This document shows positions 25,097 to 38,179 of a stretch of 64,000 nt of DNA, piece by piece; position 1 is the stretch's first letter, and the number at the start of each line of letters is the position of its first letter. The notes beneath the pieces are model-generated. The model was not told the origin of the DNA. It made no database searches and saw only the letters and a list, made by a program, of their open reading frames with translations. The stretch spans positions 8,184,001 to 8,248,000 of the forward strand of contig CATNEN010000039.1 in NCBI GenBank assembly GCA_950097015.1, read 5' to 3'. The position numbers and the translations under genes are program-made. Source of the DNA: Macrostomum hystrix. Its lineage: Eukaryota; Animalia; Platyhelminthes.

Positions 25097-26657
25097 AGAC
25101 AGAATATCACTCACAGTATCGCAGCAGACAGAATATCACTCACAGTATCGCAGCAGACAGAAGATCACTCACAGTATCGCAGCAGACAGAAGATCACTCA
25201 CAGTATCGCAGCAGACAGAAGATCACTCACAGTATCGCAGCAGACAGAAGATCACTCACAGTATCGCAGCAGACAGAAGATCACTCACAGTATCGCAGCA
25301 GACAGAAGATCACTCACAGTATCGCAGCAGACAGAAGATCACTCACAGTATCGCAGCAGACAGAAGATCACTCACAGTATCGCAGCAGACAGATAATAAT
25401 AATAATAATAATAATAATCTCACGCCCCGCGCCGACCACAAGTGGCCAAAAAAGGGGGGGCGCCAAATCGCGCGCTTCAGGGCAAGGTCTCTGACGTGCT
25501 TCACGCCGGCTGCCTGGCTGGGTGCTCGCGCATCATCAAAAAGACGGTCGATGTAGCGAGCCGTTCGTCCCTGTCCGCGCCTGCGAGGTCCCTGCGGAGT
25601 CCACAGCAGGACGTCCTGCAGCGGCTCTGGGCAGTAGGCTTCGGCCCGGATGACATGCCCGGCAAGCCGCAGACGTCGCTTGCTCAGCAGGGCAGAAGGC
25701 CGCGTCAGGCGCGCTCGCTGGTACAGGGAGTCGGTCGTCTCGCTGCCAGGGCCGCGGCGAGCGCCGAACGCGGCACGAACCAGAGCCGCATGCGCCGCGT
25801 CGAGCTGCCCCTCGAGCGCCCCGGTCAGCGTCCAGGTCTCAGCATTGTACAGGAGGGCAGTCTCGACAACAGCCTGGAACAGCTGGGACCTGGCGCTGTC
25901 CGACAGGGCCTCCGAGAGCAGCACCGCCCGAACAGATCGAAAGGCGGCCCAGGCCTTGCCGCGCCGTCTCGCCAGGTCGTCGCTCACGTCCGGCACCAGC
26001 CCGCCGAGGTAGAGGAACTGACGGCACTTCGGGAGCACCGTCCCCGGGGCATCGCCGTCTCGGAGTCGGAGTCGGATCTCGGCGGGTAGATCGTGCGGCA
26101 CCGTCAGCACCTCGGTCTTTTTGGCGTTGATGACGAGGCCGACCCTCGCAGCCGCCGCAGTCAGGCCATCCAGCAGCCGTTGGGCGCCTTCGGCCGTCGT
26201 AGACAGCAGGGCGAGGTCGTCCGCGTAGCCGAGGAGGGACAGCCTCTTCTCCGGGTGTCGCCGACTGGTGCGCCTTTGCAGTAGAAAGCCGTCCTCTGCG
26301 GTCGGCAGGCCGATCCTGCACACCCAGTCCATCAGCAAAACAAAGAGGAAGGGCGCCAGAGTGTCACCCTGCAGCACTCCGGAGGTCGTGCTGAACAGGT
26401 CCGACGGTCCGTCTCACGCACAGTATCGCAGCAGACAGAAGATCACTCACAGTATCGCAGCAGCAAACGGAAGATCACTCACAGTATCGCAGCAGACAGA
26501 AAATCACTCACAGTATCGCAGCAGCAAACGGAAGATCACTCACAGTATCGCAGCAGACAGAAAATCACTCACAGTATCGCAGCAGCAAACGGAAGATCAC
26601 TCACAGTATCGCAGCAGACAGAAGATCACTCACAGTATCGCAGCAGACAGAAGATCA
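25097..26657. repeat. 29-bp minisatellite interrupted by a LINE
   Basis: Unit CAGTATCGCAGCAGACAGAAGATCACTCA at 25097-25393 and 26418-26657. Confidence 0.95.
25394..26415 (-). mobile_element. 5'-truncated non-LTR retrotransposon (RTE-like RT C-terminal part)
   Basis: GVLQGDTLAPFLF, YADD, INAKKT, YLG, LYNAETW and RLAGHV motifs; (ATT)n 3' tail. Confidence 0.9.
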
Positions 26658-26738
26658 AGTTTCAGTGCTATAACTGTTTGCATTAGAATTTCCATTACAC
26701 TAATACCTTTACTTTCAGAATTTTACTAAGCGTTTACG

Positions 26739-28571
26739 ATGCATGCTGCATATGCTCTGTCGCTCCTGCTGCTGTTGCTGCTTCTGCTAGCCACAATTTA
26801 TGGCGCCACAACTGAGGACGTCTGGACGTACAGCCGAGACAGTCTGTCCGATTATGAAGCCATACAGTCGACACATGCACGGTCTGAAATCGACTGTGCT
26901 ATAAGGGCTGGAGCCGCTATCCAGCTAGTGTTGTTCGACATCAGCTCTGGTTTGTGCACCGAATTCAGGTGCCGACTGGGACTGAACCACTGCAGAAAAT
27001 GCCGCAGTGCCAATCAGGGCTCTCAGGAGGTCTGGGTGAGTTTCTAAAGGCTGGCTCTCACTGCCAACAACACTGACTTTGAATTCAATTTAACAATAAA
27101 ATCTTCATTTCTCTACTTTTATCAGTGGTCTGACATGCCAGGTTGTAGCTCATGGGTTAGAGCGTCGGACTCACGACTTGAAGGTCGGGGGTTCGATTCT
27201 TGACTCTACTGCAACAATTTGTGTCCTTTAGCATGGCTCCTAACTCTGCATTGCTACAGTTCACCCAGCTGTTAAATGGGTTCCAGCATCAGCTGGGGTA
27301 ATTAAGGGTGGGTGTGTGGCGTCTCACCCAGTCCATGGACTGAACAGCCGTACGCAGCCTTCAGATGCGCCGCGCAATGGTTGCGGCTGTGCTGTCGGCT
27401 GCACATCTGGCCCAATAAATAATCAATTATTATTTATTCATTGACTACGAACGTTCAATTTAATAGCCATTAAATTAAAAAACTAAATCTTTACTTTTCT
27501 ACTTTTTTCAGTAGTATGGAACGTTTTTCTAACGTTTTAGATAAGGAGCACAGCCTGTTGGATCACCGTGCAGCGCAGGGTGTCAAAGTCGGTGGACTTC
27601 TATCGGAACTGGACTCAGTATCTGGGCGAGTTTGGCGAAGGACCCAACGGAAACTACTGGATTGGTAGGAGCTGTTGAAAAGCCAGCAGTTCATTTTTAC
27701 CTTTAAACGCAAATACGATTATAAATGACGACTGTCGGATTGTTGAACTCTCGATCCAGTGGTCGAGAGTTCGAATCTTCAGATTAAGGGAAGCTTTTAA
27801 TTTTTGCATTCCATTCGTAACGAATGCAGTCTAAACGACCAGGTATATAATATAATTAGCACTAATTTCAGGAGGGCTGCAGGCAATATGGCACATCATT
27901 TGGTGACACTAGGCCCGCAGACAGCGAGGAGGCAATTCTGCCCGTTTCACTGACTCCTGAGCACACACACACACACACGCACACACTAGTGTGCACATCA
28001 GACTTTCTCATCGTCAGGCAGTGTACACTTTTACTGAGCATGGGCGTGAGTTGCGCGCCAAATGAATGTGGCCTCGCCGCAGAATCCAGCTCAGGGTGCG
28101 AGAGGTAAACTTGTCAGACCGCTCCGCCATTCACCCCCAAAACGACCAGGTCTCAACGCGCTGTACAATTTGACGTCAGCCAAGCCACGGAGGCTGCGAT
28201 TTATGATGAAGCAATGGAGCAACGCTGAGAGCTGGGCCGAATATGCCACCTTCAGCGTAGGACCCGGCAGTGACAAATACAGACTGAATCTGGCAGGCTT
28301 CACCGCCACCGCCGGGTTGGGCGACTCAATGCAGGTAAGCAACAACATGCAGTTCACCACATTCGACGCTGATCACGACACCTGGATCAGCAACTGCGCG
28401 CAAAGGTACAAGGGTGCCTGGTGGTATACAAACTGCTTTGGTGCACACGCCAACGGAGAGTACAGGAACAGCAGCGAGGCCGTCGGTGGACCTTTCGCGG
28501 AGGGTCTCATCTGGAGCAGCCCCTACGGATTTTATTATTCTCTGATGGAAATTGAGATGCTGCTTCTCTGA
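26739..28571 (+). CDS. Secreted fibrinogen-related (FReD) protein with N-terminal PAN/apple-like Cys domain
   Basis: Exons 26739-27035, 27541-27664 and 28151-28571 join in frame. Signal peptide; [27 protein letters not shown] and GAWWYTNC motifs. Confidence 0.88.
27140..27435 (+). mobile_element. SINE family C (tRNA head, Nin/Deu-like core)
   Basis: A and B boxes (GGTTCGATTC); core CAGTTCACCCAGCTGTTAAATGGGT; homologous to the copies at 45835 and 54540. Confidence 0.85.
27866..28135 (-). mobile_element. SINE family A copy
   Basis: Similar to 51321-51689. Confidence 0.8.
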
Positions 28572-28691
28572 CTAGAAGGAATTCGAGACAATTTCCTGAA
28601 CATCTTTGTTGTGTTTGTCACAAGAGTTATTTCCCGATTATTGAATTTCATAATTTTTATTTTCCCTTAAATTTATTTATAAACCTGGACT

Positions 28692-29645
28692 CTGACTGAG
28701 ACACCTGTTCTTTTTGTCTGAGACACCTGTTCTTTTTGTCTGCGATACCTGTTCTTTTTGTGTGAGACACCTGTTCTTTTTGTCTGAGACACCTGTTCCT
28801 TTTGTCTGAGATACCTGTTCTTTTTGTCTGAGACACCTGTTCTTTTTGTCTGAGACACCTGTTCCTTTTGTCTGAGATACCTGTTCTTTTTGTCTGAGAT
28901 ACCTGTTCCTTTTGTCTGAGATACCTGTTCTTTTTATCTGAGACACCTGGTCTCTATGATTGAGACACCTGGTCTCTGTGACTGAAACACCTGGTCTCTG
29001 TGACTGAAACACCTGGTCTCTGTGACTGAAACACCTGGTCTCTGTGACTGAAACACCTGGTCTCTGTGACTGAAACACCTGGTCTCTGTGACTGAAACAC
29101 CTGGTCTCTGTGACTGAAACACCTGGTCTCTGTGACTGAAACACCTGGTCTCTGTGACTGAAACACATGGTCTCTGTGACTGAAACACCTGGTCTCTGTG
29201 ACTGAAACACCTGGTCTCTGTGACTGAAACACCTGGTCTCTGTGACTGAAACACCTGGTCTCTGTGACTGAAACACCTGGTCTCTGTGACTGAAACACCT
29301 GGTCTCTGTGACTGAAACACCTGGTCTCTGTGACTGAAACACCTGTTATTCTTGTCTGGGATACCTGTTCTTTTTGTCTGAGATACCTGTTATTCTTGTC
29401 TGAGATACCTGTTATTCTTGTCTGAGACACCTGTTCTTTTTGTCTGAGATACCTGTTCTTTTTGTCTGAGATACCTGTTCTTTTTGTCTGAGATACCTGT
29501 TATTCTTGTCTGAGATACCTGTTCTTTTTGTCTGAGATACCTGTTCTTTTTGTCTGAGATACCTGTTATTCTTGTCTGAGATACCTGTTCTTTTTGTCTG
29601 AGATACCTGTTCTTTGTGACTGCAACACCTGGTCTCTGTGACTGA
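28692..29645. repeat. 22-bp minisatellite with two unit variants in blocks
   Basis: GAGAYACCTGTTCTTTTTGTCT blocks flank a GAAACACCTGGTCTCTGTGACT block. Confidence 0.95.
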
Positions 29646-29906
29646 GCAGAAAATTTAAATTGTGTTATGAGCAAAATAAAGAGAGTTTGCAAAAGTAGTT
29701 TATAAGTAGTTTATAAGAAATTGTTTTAAAATCTACTATATGTTGAATATCAAATTATAGTTTCAGGCCCACATTTATTGTACTAATGTTGGGCAGCTTG
29801 GAGTCAATTTTGAAGCCACAAGCTGTTCTAACTTTATTTACAGTCTTCCTAGAAAGCAGTTTTCCTAGAAAATGCATCCCGCAAGCACTCCTGGACAGCT
29901 TGAGAT

Positions 29907-32900
29907 CTATTTGGGCTGTTCGTCGAACTTCAGCAGAGCTTTATGAAGGTCTAGCAGGTACTGCGCCTGGCGCAGTGTGGGCATGTCAATCATCTGGCCG
30001 TCGAACACGAAGGCGCCAGATCCCGCGGCCGAGTGGCGCTCGAACTCGGCGCACAACCGCTCCGCCCAGCTCACCCGGGGGGGAGCAGGGGAGAAGGCGG
30101 CGTGACACGGCGACAGCTGCGATGGATGGATTATCTGCGGATTAATGACGTCAAATGCGTGTGTGCAATAATTAGCTGCAGATCTGTAAAAACAGTCATG
30201 AAAGTAGATTAGTGACGCCAGTTGAGAAACGGGGATGATTATGAAAAGAGTAATTAAGCCAGTTAAGAAACCGAGAGGATCAGAGGCAACATTTGATTAA
30301 AACTGGATTATCTGCGGATTAGTGACGCCAGGTGGGAAAGTGAGTGGATTATCTGCGGATTAGTGACGCCAGGTGGAAAAGTGAATCGATTATCTGTGCA
30401 TTAGTGACACCAGGTGGGAAAGTGAGAGGATTATCTGTGGAATAGTGACACTAGGTGGGAAAGTGAATGGATTATCTGTGGATTAGTGACGCCAGTTGAG
30501 AAGCTGGGAGGATTATCTGTGGATTATTTCCGCCAGTTGAGAAACTGGGAGGATTATTTGTCGATTAGTGACGCCTGGTAGGACAAAACTATCTAAGGAT
30601 TAGTGACGCCAATTGAGAAAGTGGGAGGATCATCTACGGATTAGTGCAGGTGAGAAATTTTCTACAATTTAAACCAACCTGCTTGCCGGTAAATCCCATG
30701 GCTCTGCCCTCCTCGCACTGGCGTTTGAAGTGCTCAGGATCCTTGAGGTCGATCTCCACCATGTCTATGGCCAGGAGCCGGCGCGATCGCGCAGCCAAGG
30801 CAAACTGGGCCCTGGCATGCCTCGTCTCCAGGCCGTCCCGAGTTCGCTCGACGCCAACAGAGGCGCAGAAATCGTCGGAGCCGAACACGCAGCCGACGGG
30901 TCGAAGGCGACCAGCGTACTGGATTGCGGAGTCCAGAATGGAAGGCATGGACAGCAGCGCCGCGGCTGACTCGATCATGAGGATCAGGGGCATTGAAGTC
31001 GGCTGCCGCTGACCGGAAGCTGCTGAAGGCCGCCAGTAACGAGTTAGCCGGTCGGACAGCCAAGCGACATCGTCAAAGGACTCCACCTTGGGCAGGACCA
31101 GAACGTCGGGCGGCCTACGGGTAAGTAGTGAGCATTGAGCATTGAGTATTGAGTAGTGAGTAAGTGAGTAGTGAGACAGTGAGCAGTGAGACAGTGAGCA
31201 GTGAGACAGTGAGCAGTGAGACAGTGAGCAGTGAGCAGTGAGACAGTGAGCAGTGAAACAGTGAGCAGTGAAACAGTGAGCAGTGAGACAGTGAGCAGTG
31301 AAACAGTGAGCAGTGAGACAGTGAGCAGTGAGACAGTGAGCAGCGAGACAGTGAGCAGTGAGCAGTGAGCAGTGAGCAGTGAGACAGTGAGCAGTGAGCA
31401 GTGAAACAGTGAGCAGCGAGACAGTGAGCAGTGAGCAGTGAAACAGTGAGCAGTGAAACAGTGAGCAGTGAAACAGTGAGCAGTGAAACAGTGAGCAGTG
31501 AAACAGTGAGCAGTGAGCAGTGAGCAGCGAGACAGTGAGCAGTGAGCAGTGAGACAGTGAGCAGTGAGACAGTGAGCAGTGAAACAGTGAGCAGCGAGAC
31601 AGTGAGCAGTGAGCAGTGGGCAGTGAGCAGTGAAACAGTGAGCAGTGAAACAGTGAGCAGTGAAACAGTGAGCAGTGAGCAGTGAAACAGTGAGCAGTGA
31701 GCAGTGAGCAGCGAGACAGTGAGCAGTGAGCAGTGAAACAGTGAGCAGTGAAACAGTGAGCAGTGAAACAGTGAGCAGCGAGACAGTGAGCAGTGAGCAG
31801 TGAGCAGTGAGCAGTGAGACAGTGAGCAGTGAGCAGTGAAACAGTGAGCAGCGAGACAGTGAGCAGTGAGCAGTGAAACAGTGAGCAGCGAGACAGTGAG
31901 CAGTGAAACAGTGAGCAGTGAAACAGTGAGCAGTGAGCAGTGAAACAGTGAGCAGTGAGCAGTGAGCAGCGAGACAGTGAGCAGTGAGCAGTGAAACAGT
32001 GAGCAGTGAAACAGTGAGCAGTGAGCAGTGAAACAGTGAGCAGTGAAACAGTGAGCAGTGAAACAGTGAGCAGTGAAACAGTGAGCAGTGAAACAGTGAG
32101 CAGCGAGACAGTGAGCAGTGAGCAGTGAGACAGTGAGCAGTGAAACAGTGAGCAGCGAGACAGTGAGCAGTGAGCAGTGAGCAGTGAGACAGTGAGCAGT
32201 GAGCAGTGAGACAGTGAGCAGTGAGCAGTGAGCAGCGAGACAGTGAGCAGTGAGCAGTGAAACAGTGAGCAGCGAGACAGTGAGCAGTGAGCAGTGAGCA
32301 GTGAAACAGTGAGCAGTGAAACAGTGAGCAGTGAAACAGTGAGCAGTGAAACAGTGAGCAGTGAAACAGTGAGCAGTGAAACAGTGAGCAGCGAGACAGT
32401 GAGCAGTGAGCAGTGAGACAGTGAGCAGTGAGCAGTGAGCAGTGAGACAGTGAGCAGTGAAACAGTCAGCAGCGAGACAGTGAGCAGTAAGCAGTGAGCA
32501 GTGAGACAGTGAGCAGTGAGCAGTGAGACAGTGAGCAGTGAAACAGTGAGCAGCGAGACAGTGAGCAGTGAGCAGTGGGCAGTCAGCAGTGAAACAGTGA
32601 GCAGTGAAACAGTGAGCAGTGAAACAGTGAGCAGTGAAACAGTGAGCAGTGAAACAGTGAGCAGTGAGCAGTGAAACAGTAAGCAGTGAAACAGTGAGCA
32701 GTGAAACAGTGAGCAGTGAAACAGTGAGCAGTGAGCAGTGAAACAGTGAGCAGTGAAACAGTGAGCAGCGAGACAGTGAGCAGTGAAACAGTGACCAGTG
32801 AAACAGTGAGCAGCGAGACAGTGAGCAGTGAAACAGTGAGCAGTGAAACAGTGAGCAGTGAAACAGTGAGCAGTGAGCAGTGAGACAGTGAGCAGTGAGC

Positions 32901-35900
32901 AGTGAGCAGCGAGACAGTGAGCAATGAGCAGTGAAACAGTGAGCAGCGAGACAGTGAGCAGTGAAACAGTGAGCAGTGAAACAGTGAGCAGTGAAACAGT
33001 GAGCAGTGAAACAGTGAGCAGTGAGCAGTGAAACAGTGAGCAGTGAAACAGTGAGCAGTGAAACAGTGAGCAGTGAGCAGTGAAACAGTGAGCAGTGAGC
33101 AGTGAGCAGCGAGACAGTGAGCAGTGAGCAGTGAAACAGTGAGCAGTGAAACAGTGAGCAGTGAAACAGTGAGCAGTGAAACAGTGAGCAGTGAAACAGT
33201 GAGCAGTGAGCAGTGAAACAGTGAGCAGTGAAACAGTGAGCAGCGAGACAGTGAGCAGTGAAACAGTGAGCAGTGAAACAGTGAGCAGCGAGACAGTGAG
33301 CAGTGAAACAGTGAGCAGTGAAACAGTGAGCAGTGAAACAGTGAGCAGTGAGCAGTGAGACAGTGAGCAGTGAGCAGTGAGCAGCGAGACAGTGAGCAGT
33401 GAGCAGTGAGACAGTGAGCAGTGAGACAGTGAGCAGTGAAACAGTGAGCAGCGAGACAGTGAGCAGTGAGCAGTGGGCAGTGAGCAGTGAAACAGTGAGC
33501 AGTGAAACAGTGAGCAGTGAAACAGTGAGCAGTGAGCAGTGAAACAGTGAGCAGTGAGCAGTGAGCAGCGAGACAGTGAGCAGTGAGCAGTGAAACAGTG
33601 AGCAGTGAAACAGTGAGCAGTGAAACAGTGAGCAGCGAGACAGTGAGCAGTGAGCAGTGAGCAGTGAGCAGTGAGACAGTGAGCAGTGAGCAGTGAAACA
33701 GTGAGCAGCGAGACAGTGAGCAGTGAGCAGTGAAACAGTGAGCAGCGAGACAGTGAGCAGTGAAACAGTGAGCAGTGAAACAGTGAGCAGTGAGCAGTGA
33801 AACAGTGAGCAGTGAGCAGTGAGCAGCGAGACAGTGAGCAGTGAGCAGTGAAACAGTGAGCAGTGAAACAGTGAGCAGTGAGCAGTGAAACAGTGAGCAG
33901 TGAAACAGTGAGCAGTGAAACAGTGAGCAGTGAAACAGTGAGCAGTGAAACAGTGAGCAGCGAGACAGTGAGCAGTGAGCAGTGAGACAGTGAGCAGTGA
34001 AACAGTGAGCAGCGAGACAGTGAGCAGTGAGCAGTGAGCAGTGAGACAGTGAGCAGTGAGCAGTGAGACAGTGAGCAGTGAGCAGTGAGCAGCGAGACAG
34101 TGAGCAGTGAGCAGTGAAACAGTGAGCAGCGAGACAGTGAGCAGTGAGCAGTGAGCAGTGAAACAGTGAGCAGTGAAACAGTGAGCAGTGAAACAGTGAG
34201 CAGTGAAACAGTGAGCAGTGAAACAGTGAGCAGTGAAACAGTGAGCAGCGAGACAGTGAGCAGTGAGCAGTGAGACAGTGAGCAGTGAGCAGTGAGCAGT
34301 GAGACAGTGAGCAGTGAAACAGTCAGCAGCGAGACAGTGAGCAGTAAGCAGTGAGCAGTGAGACAGTGAGCAGTGAGCAGTGAGACAGTGAGCAGTGAAA
34401 CAGTGAGCAGCGAGACAGTGAGCAGTGAGCAGTGGGCAGTCAGCAGTGAAACAGTGAGCAGTGAAACAGTGAGCAGTGAAACAGTGAGCAGTGAAACAGT
34501 GAGCAGTGAAACAGTGAGCAGTGAGCAGTGAAACAGTAAGCAGTGAAACAGTGAGCAGTGAAACAGTGAGCAGTGAAACAGTGAGCAGTGAGCAGTGAAA
34601 CAGTGAGCAGTGAAACAGTGAGCAGCGAGACAGTGAGCAGTGAAACAGTGAGCAGTGAAACAGTGAGCAGCGAGACAGTGAGCAGTGAAACAGTGAGCAG
34701 TGAAACAGTGAGCAGTGAAACAGTGAGCAGTGAGCAGTGAGACAGTGAGCAGTGAGCAGTGAGCAGCGAGACAGTGAGCAATGAGCAGTGAAACAGTGAG
34801 CAGCGAGACAGTGAGCAGTGAAACAGTGAGCAGTGAAACAGTGAGCAGTGAAACAGTGAGCAGTGAAACAGTGAGCAGTGAGCAGTGAAACAGTGAGCAG
34901 TGAAACAGTGAGCAGTGAAACAGTGAGCAGTGAGCAGTGAAACAGTGAGCAGTGAGCAGTGAGCAGCGAGACAGTGAGCAGTGAGCAGTGAAACAGTGAG
35001 CAGTGAAACAGTGAGCAGTGAAACAGTGAGCAGTGAAACAGTGAGCAGTGAAACAGTGAGCAGCGAGACAGTGAGCAGTGAGCAGTGAGACAGTGAGCAG
35101 TGAGCAGTGAGCAGTGAGCAGTGAGACAGTGAGCAGTGAAACAGTGAGCAGCGAGACAGTGAGCAGTGAGCAGTGAGCAGTGAGACAGTGAGCAGTGAGC
35201 AGTGAGACAGTGAGCAGTGAGCAGTGAGCAGCGAGACAGTGAGCAGTGAGCAGTGAAACAGTGAGCAGCGAGACAGTGAGCAGTGAGCAGTGAGCAGTGA
35301 AACAGTGAGCAGTGAAACAGTGAGCAGTGAAACAGTGAGCAGTGAAACAGTGAGCAGTGAAACAGTGAGCAGTGAAACAGTGAGCAGCGAGACAGTGAGC
35401 AGTGAGCAGTGAGACAGTGAGCAGTGAGCAGTGAGCAGTGAGACAGTGAGCAGTGAAACAGTCAGCAGCGAGACAGTGAGCAGTAAGCAGTGAGCAGTGA
35501 GACAGTGAGCAGTGAGCAGTGAGACAGTGAGCAGTGAAACAGTGAGCAGCGAGACAGTGAGCAGTGAGCAGTGGGCAGTCAGCAGTGAAACAGTGAGCAG
35601 TGAAACAGTGAGCAGTGAAACAGTGAGCAGTGAAACAGTGAGCAGTGAGCAGTGAAACAGTAAGCAGTGAAACAGTGAGCAGTGAAACAGTGAGCAGTGA
35701 AACAGTGAGCAGTGAGCAGTGAAACAGTGAGCAGTGAAACAGTGAGCAGCGAGACAGTGAGCAGTGAAACAGTGAGCAGTGAAACAGTGAGCAGCGAGAC
35801 AGTGAGCAGTGAAACAGTGAGCAGTGAAACAGTGAGCAGTGAAACAGTGAGCAGTGAGCAGTGAGACAGTGAGCAGTGAGCAGTGAGCAGCGAGACAGTG

Positions 35901-37253
35901 AGCAGTGAAACAGTGAGCAGTGAAACAGTGAGCAGCGAGACAGTGAGCAGTGAAACAGTGAGCAGTGAAACAGTGAGCAGTGAAACAGTGAGCAGTGAAA
36001 CAGTGAGCAGTGAAACAGTGAGCAGTGAAACAGTGAGCAGCGAGACAGTGAGCAGTGAAACAGTGAGCAGTGAAACAGTGAGCAGCGAGACAGTGAGCAG
36101 TGAGCAGTGAGACAGTGAGCAGTGAGCAGTGAGCAGTGAGCAGTGAGACAGTGAGCAGTGAAACAGTGAGCAGCGAGACAGTGAGCAGTGAGCAGTGAGC
36201 AGTGAGACAGTGAGACAGTGAGCAGTGAAACAGTGAGCAGCGAGACAGTGAGCAGTGAGCAGTGAAACAGTGAGCAGTGAAACAGTGAGCAGTGAGCAGT
36301 GAGACAGTGAGACAGTGAGCAGTGAGCAGTGAGCAGCGAGACAGTGAGCAATGAGCAGTGAAACAGTGAGCAGCGAGACAGTGAGCAGTGAGCAGTGAAA
36401 CAGTGAGCAGTGAAACAGTGAGCAGCGAGACAGTGAGCAGTGAAACAGTGAGCAGTGAAACAGTGAGCAGTGAAACAGTGAGCAGCGAGACAGTGAGCAG
36501 TGAGCAGCGAGACAGTGAGCAGCGAGACAGTGAGCAGTGAGCAGTGAAACAGTGAGCAGTGAAACAGTGAGCAGCGAGACAGTGAGCAGCGAGACAGTGA
36601 GCAGTGAGCAGCGAGACAGTGAGCAGCGAGACAGTGAGCAGTGAGCAGTGAAACAGTGAGCAGCGAGACAGTGAGCAGTGAGCAGTGAGCAGTGAGCAGT
36701 GAGACAGTGAGAAATAAGACTGCCAGTAATGAGACAACGGCACACCTGGGCGAGTCCATGACACACCGGACGTCGTCCTCGGCCAGGGCCTCGGCTCCAG
36801 CAGGTGGGTTAATGCGCACTGCCACAGAGCGACCGCCGCCCAGCTGGTCCGCCAGCCGCAGCTCCGTCAAGGCCCGCCTGGCGCCCTCCCTGGCGATTTA
36901 TGGTGGGAGGAAAAATTAAGGTCGCTGAGGGTGATTCAGCGAAATTTACCGAGATTTAGAATTCCCATGACGCCTCACCTGGCTGCGGCCTTGGCTGCAT
37001 AGGCAACCCCATCCTCGCAGTCCAGCACAGGTAGGTCAGGCAGGGGCCGGCGGGTAGCCAGGCCAGTCAGCATCTTAGAAGAGCTGGCTGGCACATACAT
37101 AAAGGAGCGAGCCACCAATGGCTGCTTGGCCACCGCTGACTGGCTGCTAAACTGGCGGGTTAAGAGTAAGCAAAGCTGGTGTTTGCCATAGTGTTGCCAT
37201 GGCAACATTATGTGCCTAGCAATTGCTGACTGCAGCTTCTGAAAAACTAGCAT
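29907..37253 (-). CDS. CLYBL: Citrate lyase beta-like / citramalyl-CoA lyase (HpcH/HpaI family)
   Basis: Exons 37253-36979, 36889-36746, 31114-30679 and 30134-29907 join in frame. Motifs RSFMYVP, LDCEDGV, VRIN, LPKVES, FGSDDF, GFTGKQ-IIHPSQ and GQMIDMP. The start could be the ATG at 37210 instead. Confidence 0.92.
30205..30650. repeat. ~41-bp tandem repeat in CLYBL intron 3 made of 3' splice-site copies
   Basis: GGATTATCTGCGGATTAGTGACGCC recurs about 9 times and matches the exon 4 acceptor junction at 30128-30152. Confidence 0.85.
31125..36712. repeat. 5.6-kb 7/8-bp mosaic satellite filling CLYBL intron 2
   Basis: CAGTGAG interleaved with CAGTGAAA, CAGTGAGA and CAGCGAGA. Confidence 0.97.
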
Positions 37254-38179
37254 TAGCTATGAATTAAAATGTATTCTAAAAATATGCTGTACTAAATTAC
37301 AAATAAGAAACATTAAAAAATATAAAAAAATTTTATGCATAAGTAAGCCACTTTTTTGTATGAAAACTTTTGCCACAAAACTAACAATTTTCTGTAAAAA
37401 CACTCAGGGTCACCTAACTCTTATACTTGGGCCCTGGCCTGATAAAAATATTTTAGTGAATAAAAAAATGTTAAATCATTTCTAAATCTTCATGGATAGA
37501 TAAAGTATCTGAATACTGGATGGATTAAAATTGATAACTGAAGAAGTAGCTAAACTGAATAATTTCAGGTTAAAATGGTCTTTTTGTGTGGATCATTTAA
37601 GACTGTGTTGTATTATAGCTGTACCTTATTGAATTATGACAATGAAAAATAGTCTAAAATGTATACATGAAATATTTAAGACTAGGCCTGCCGCCTGTGG
37701 TACATACATGCACATACATACAGATTTCTTATTAAAAAATTCTGCTACGATACCCCAGCAAAATTGTCAAAAAGTGTAATTTTTAGTAATGAAGTAAATT
37801 TTTAATGTCTAAACTTAAAAATTATTTACAAATAGGCCCATTTAAAAATATACTGCAAATATGATTTCCATGTAGCTAAAAGGTTATTCTCTTTCAAATA
37901 TGTTTCTTGTAAAATGCTGCATTTAAATTATCAAACGATCACAATTAAGCTCCGTTTTCGATCTTTGAATACCAACCCGGAATCTGTTAAATACATACCA
38001 CTTTCCTACTTTTTAGGCCACTCAAAAGTTGGCTTTGGCTAGGACTGGCACGTAGTGAGCGACGGATCATACCTCATACCTCATGAGCGACGGATCGAAG
38101 GCTGACCAGTTCAGCGACCAGTCCTGCCCAAGGACTACTAGACTACTATACCGAAGTGATTTCCAGCAATAGTGGTCCT

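Noticed and set aside
30634-36870. 2078-aa ORF as a real protein
   Set aside because: It is mostly a translated satellite bounded by GT-AG sites; splicing it out restores a normal CLYBL.
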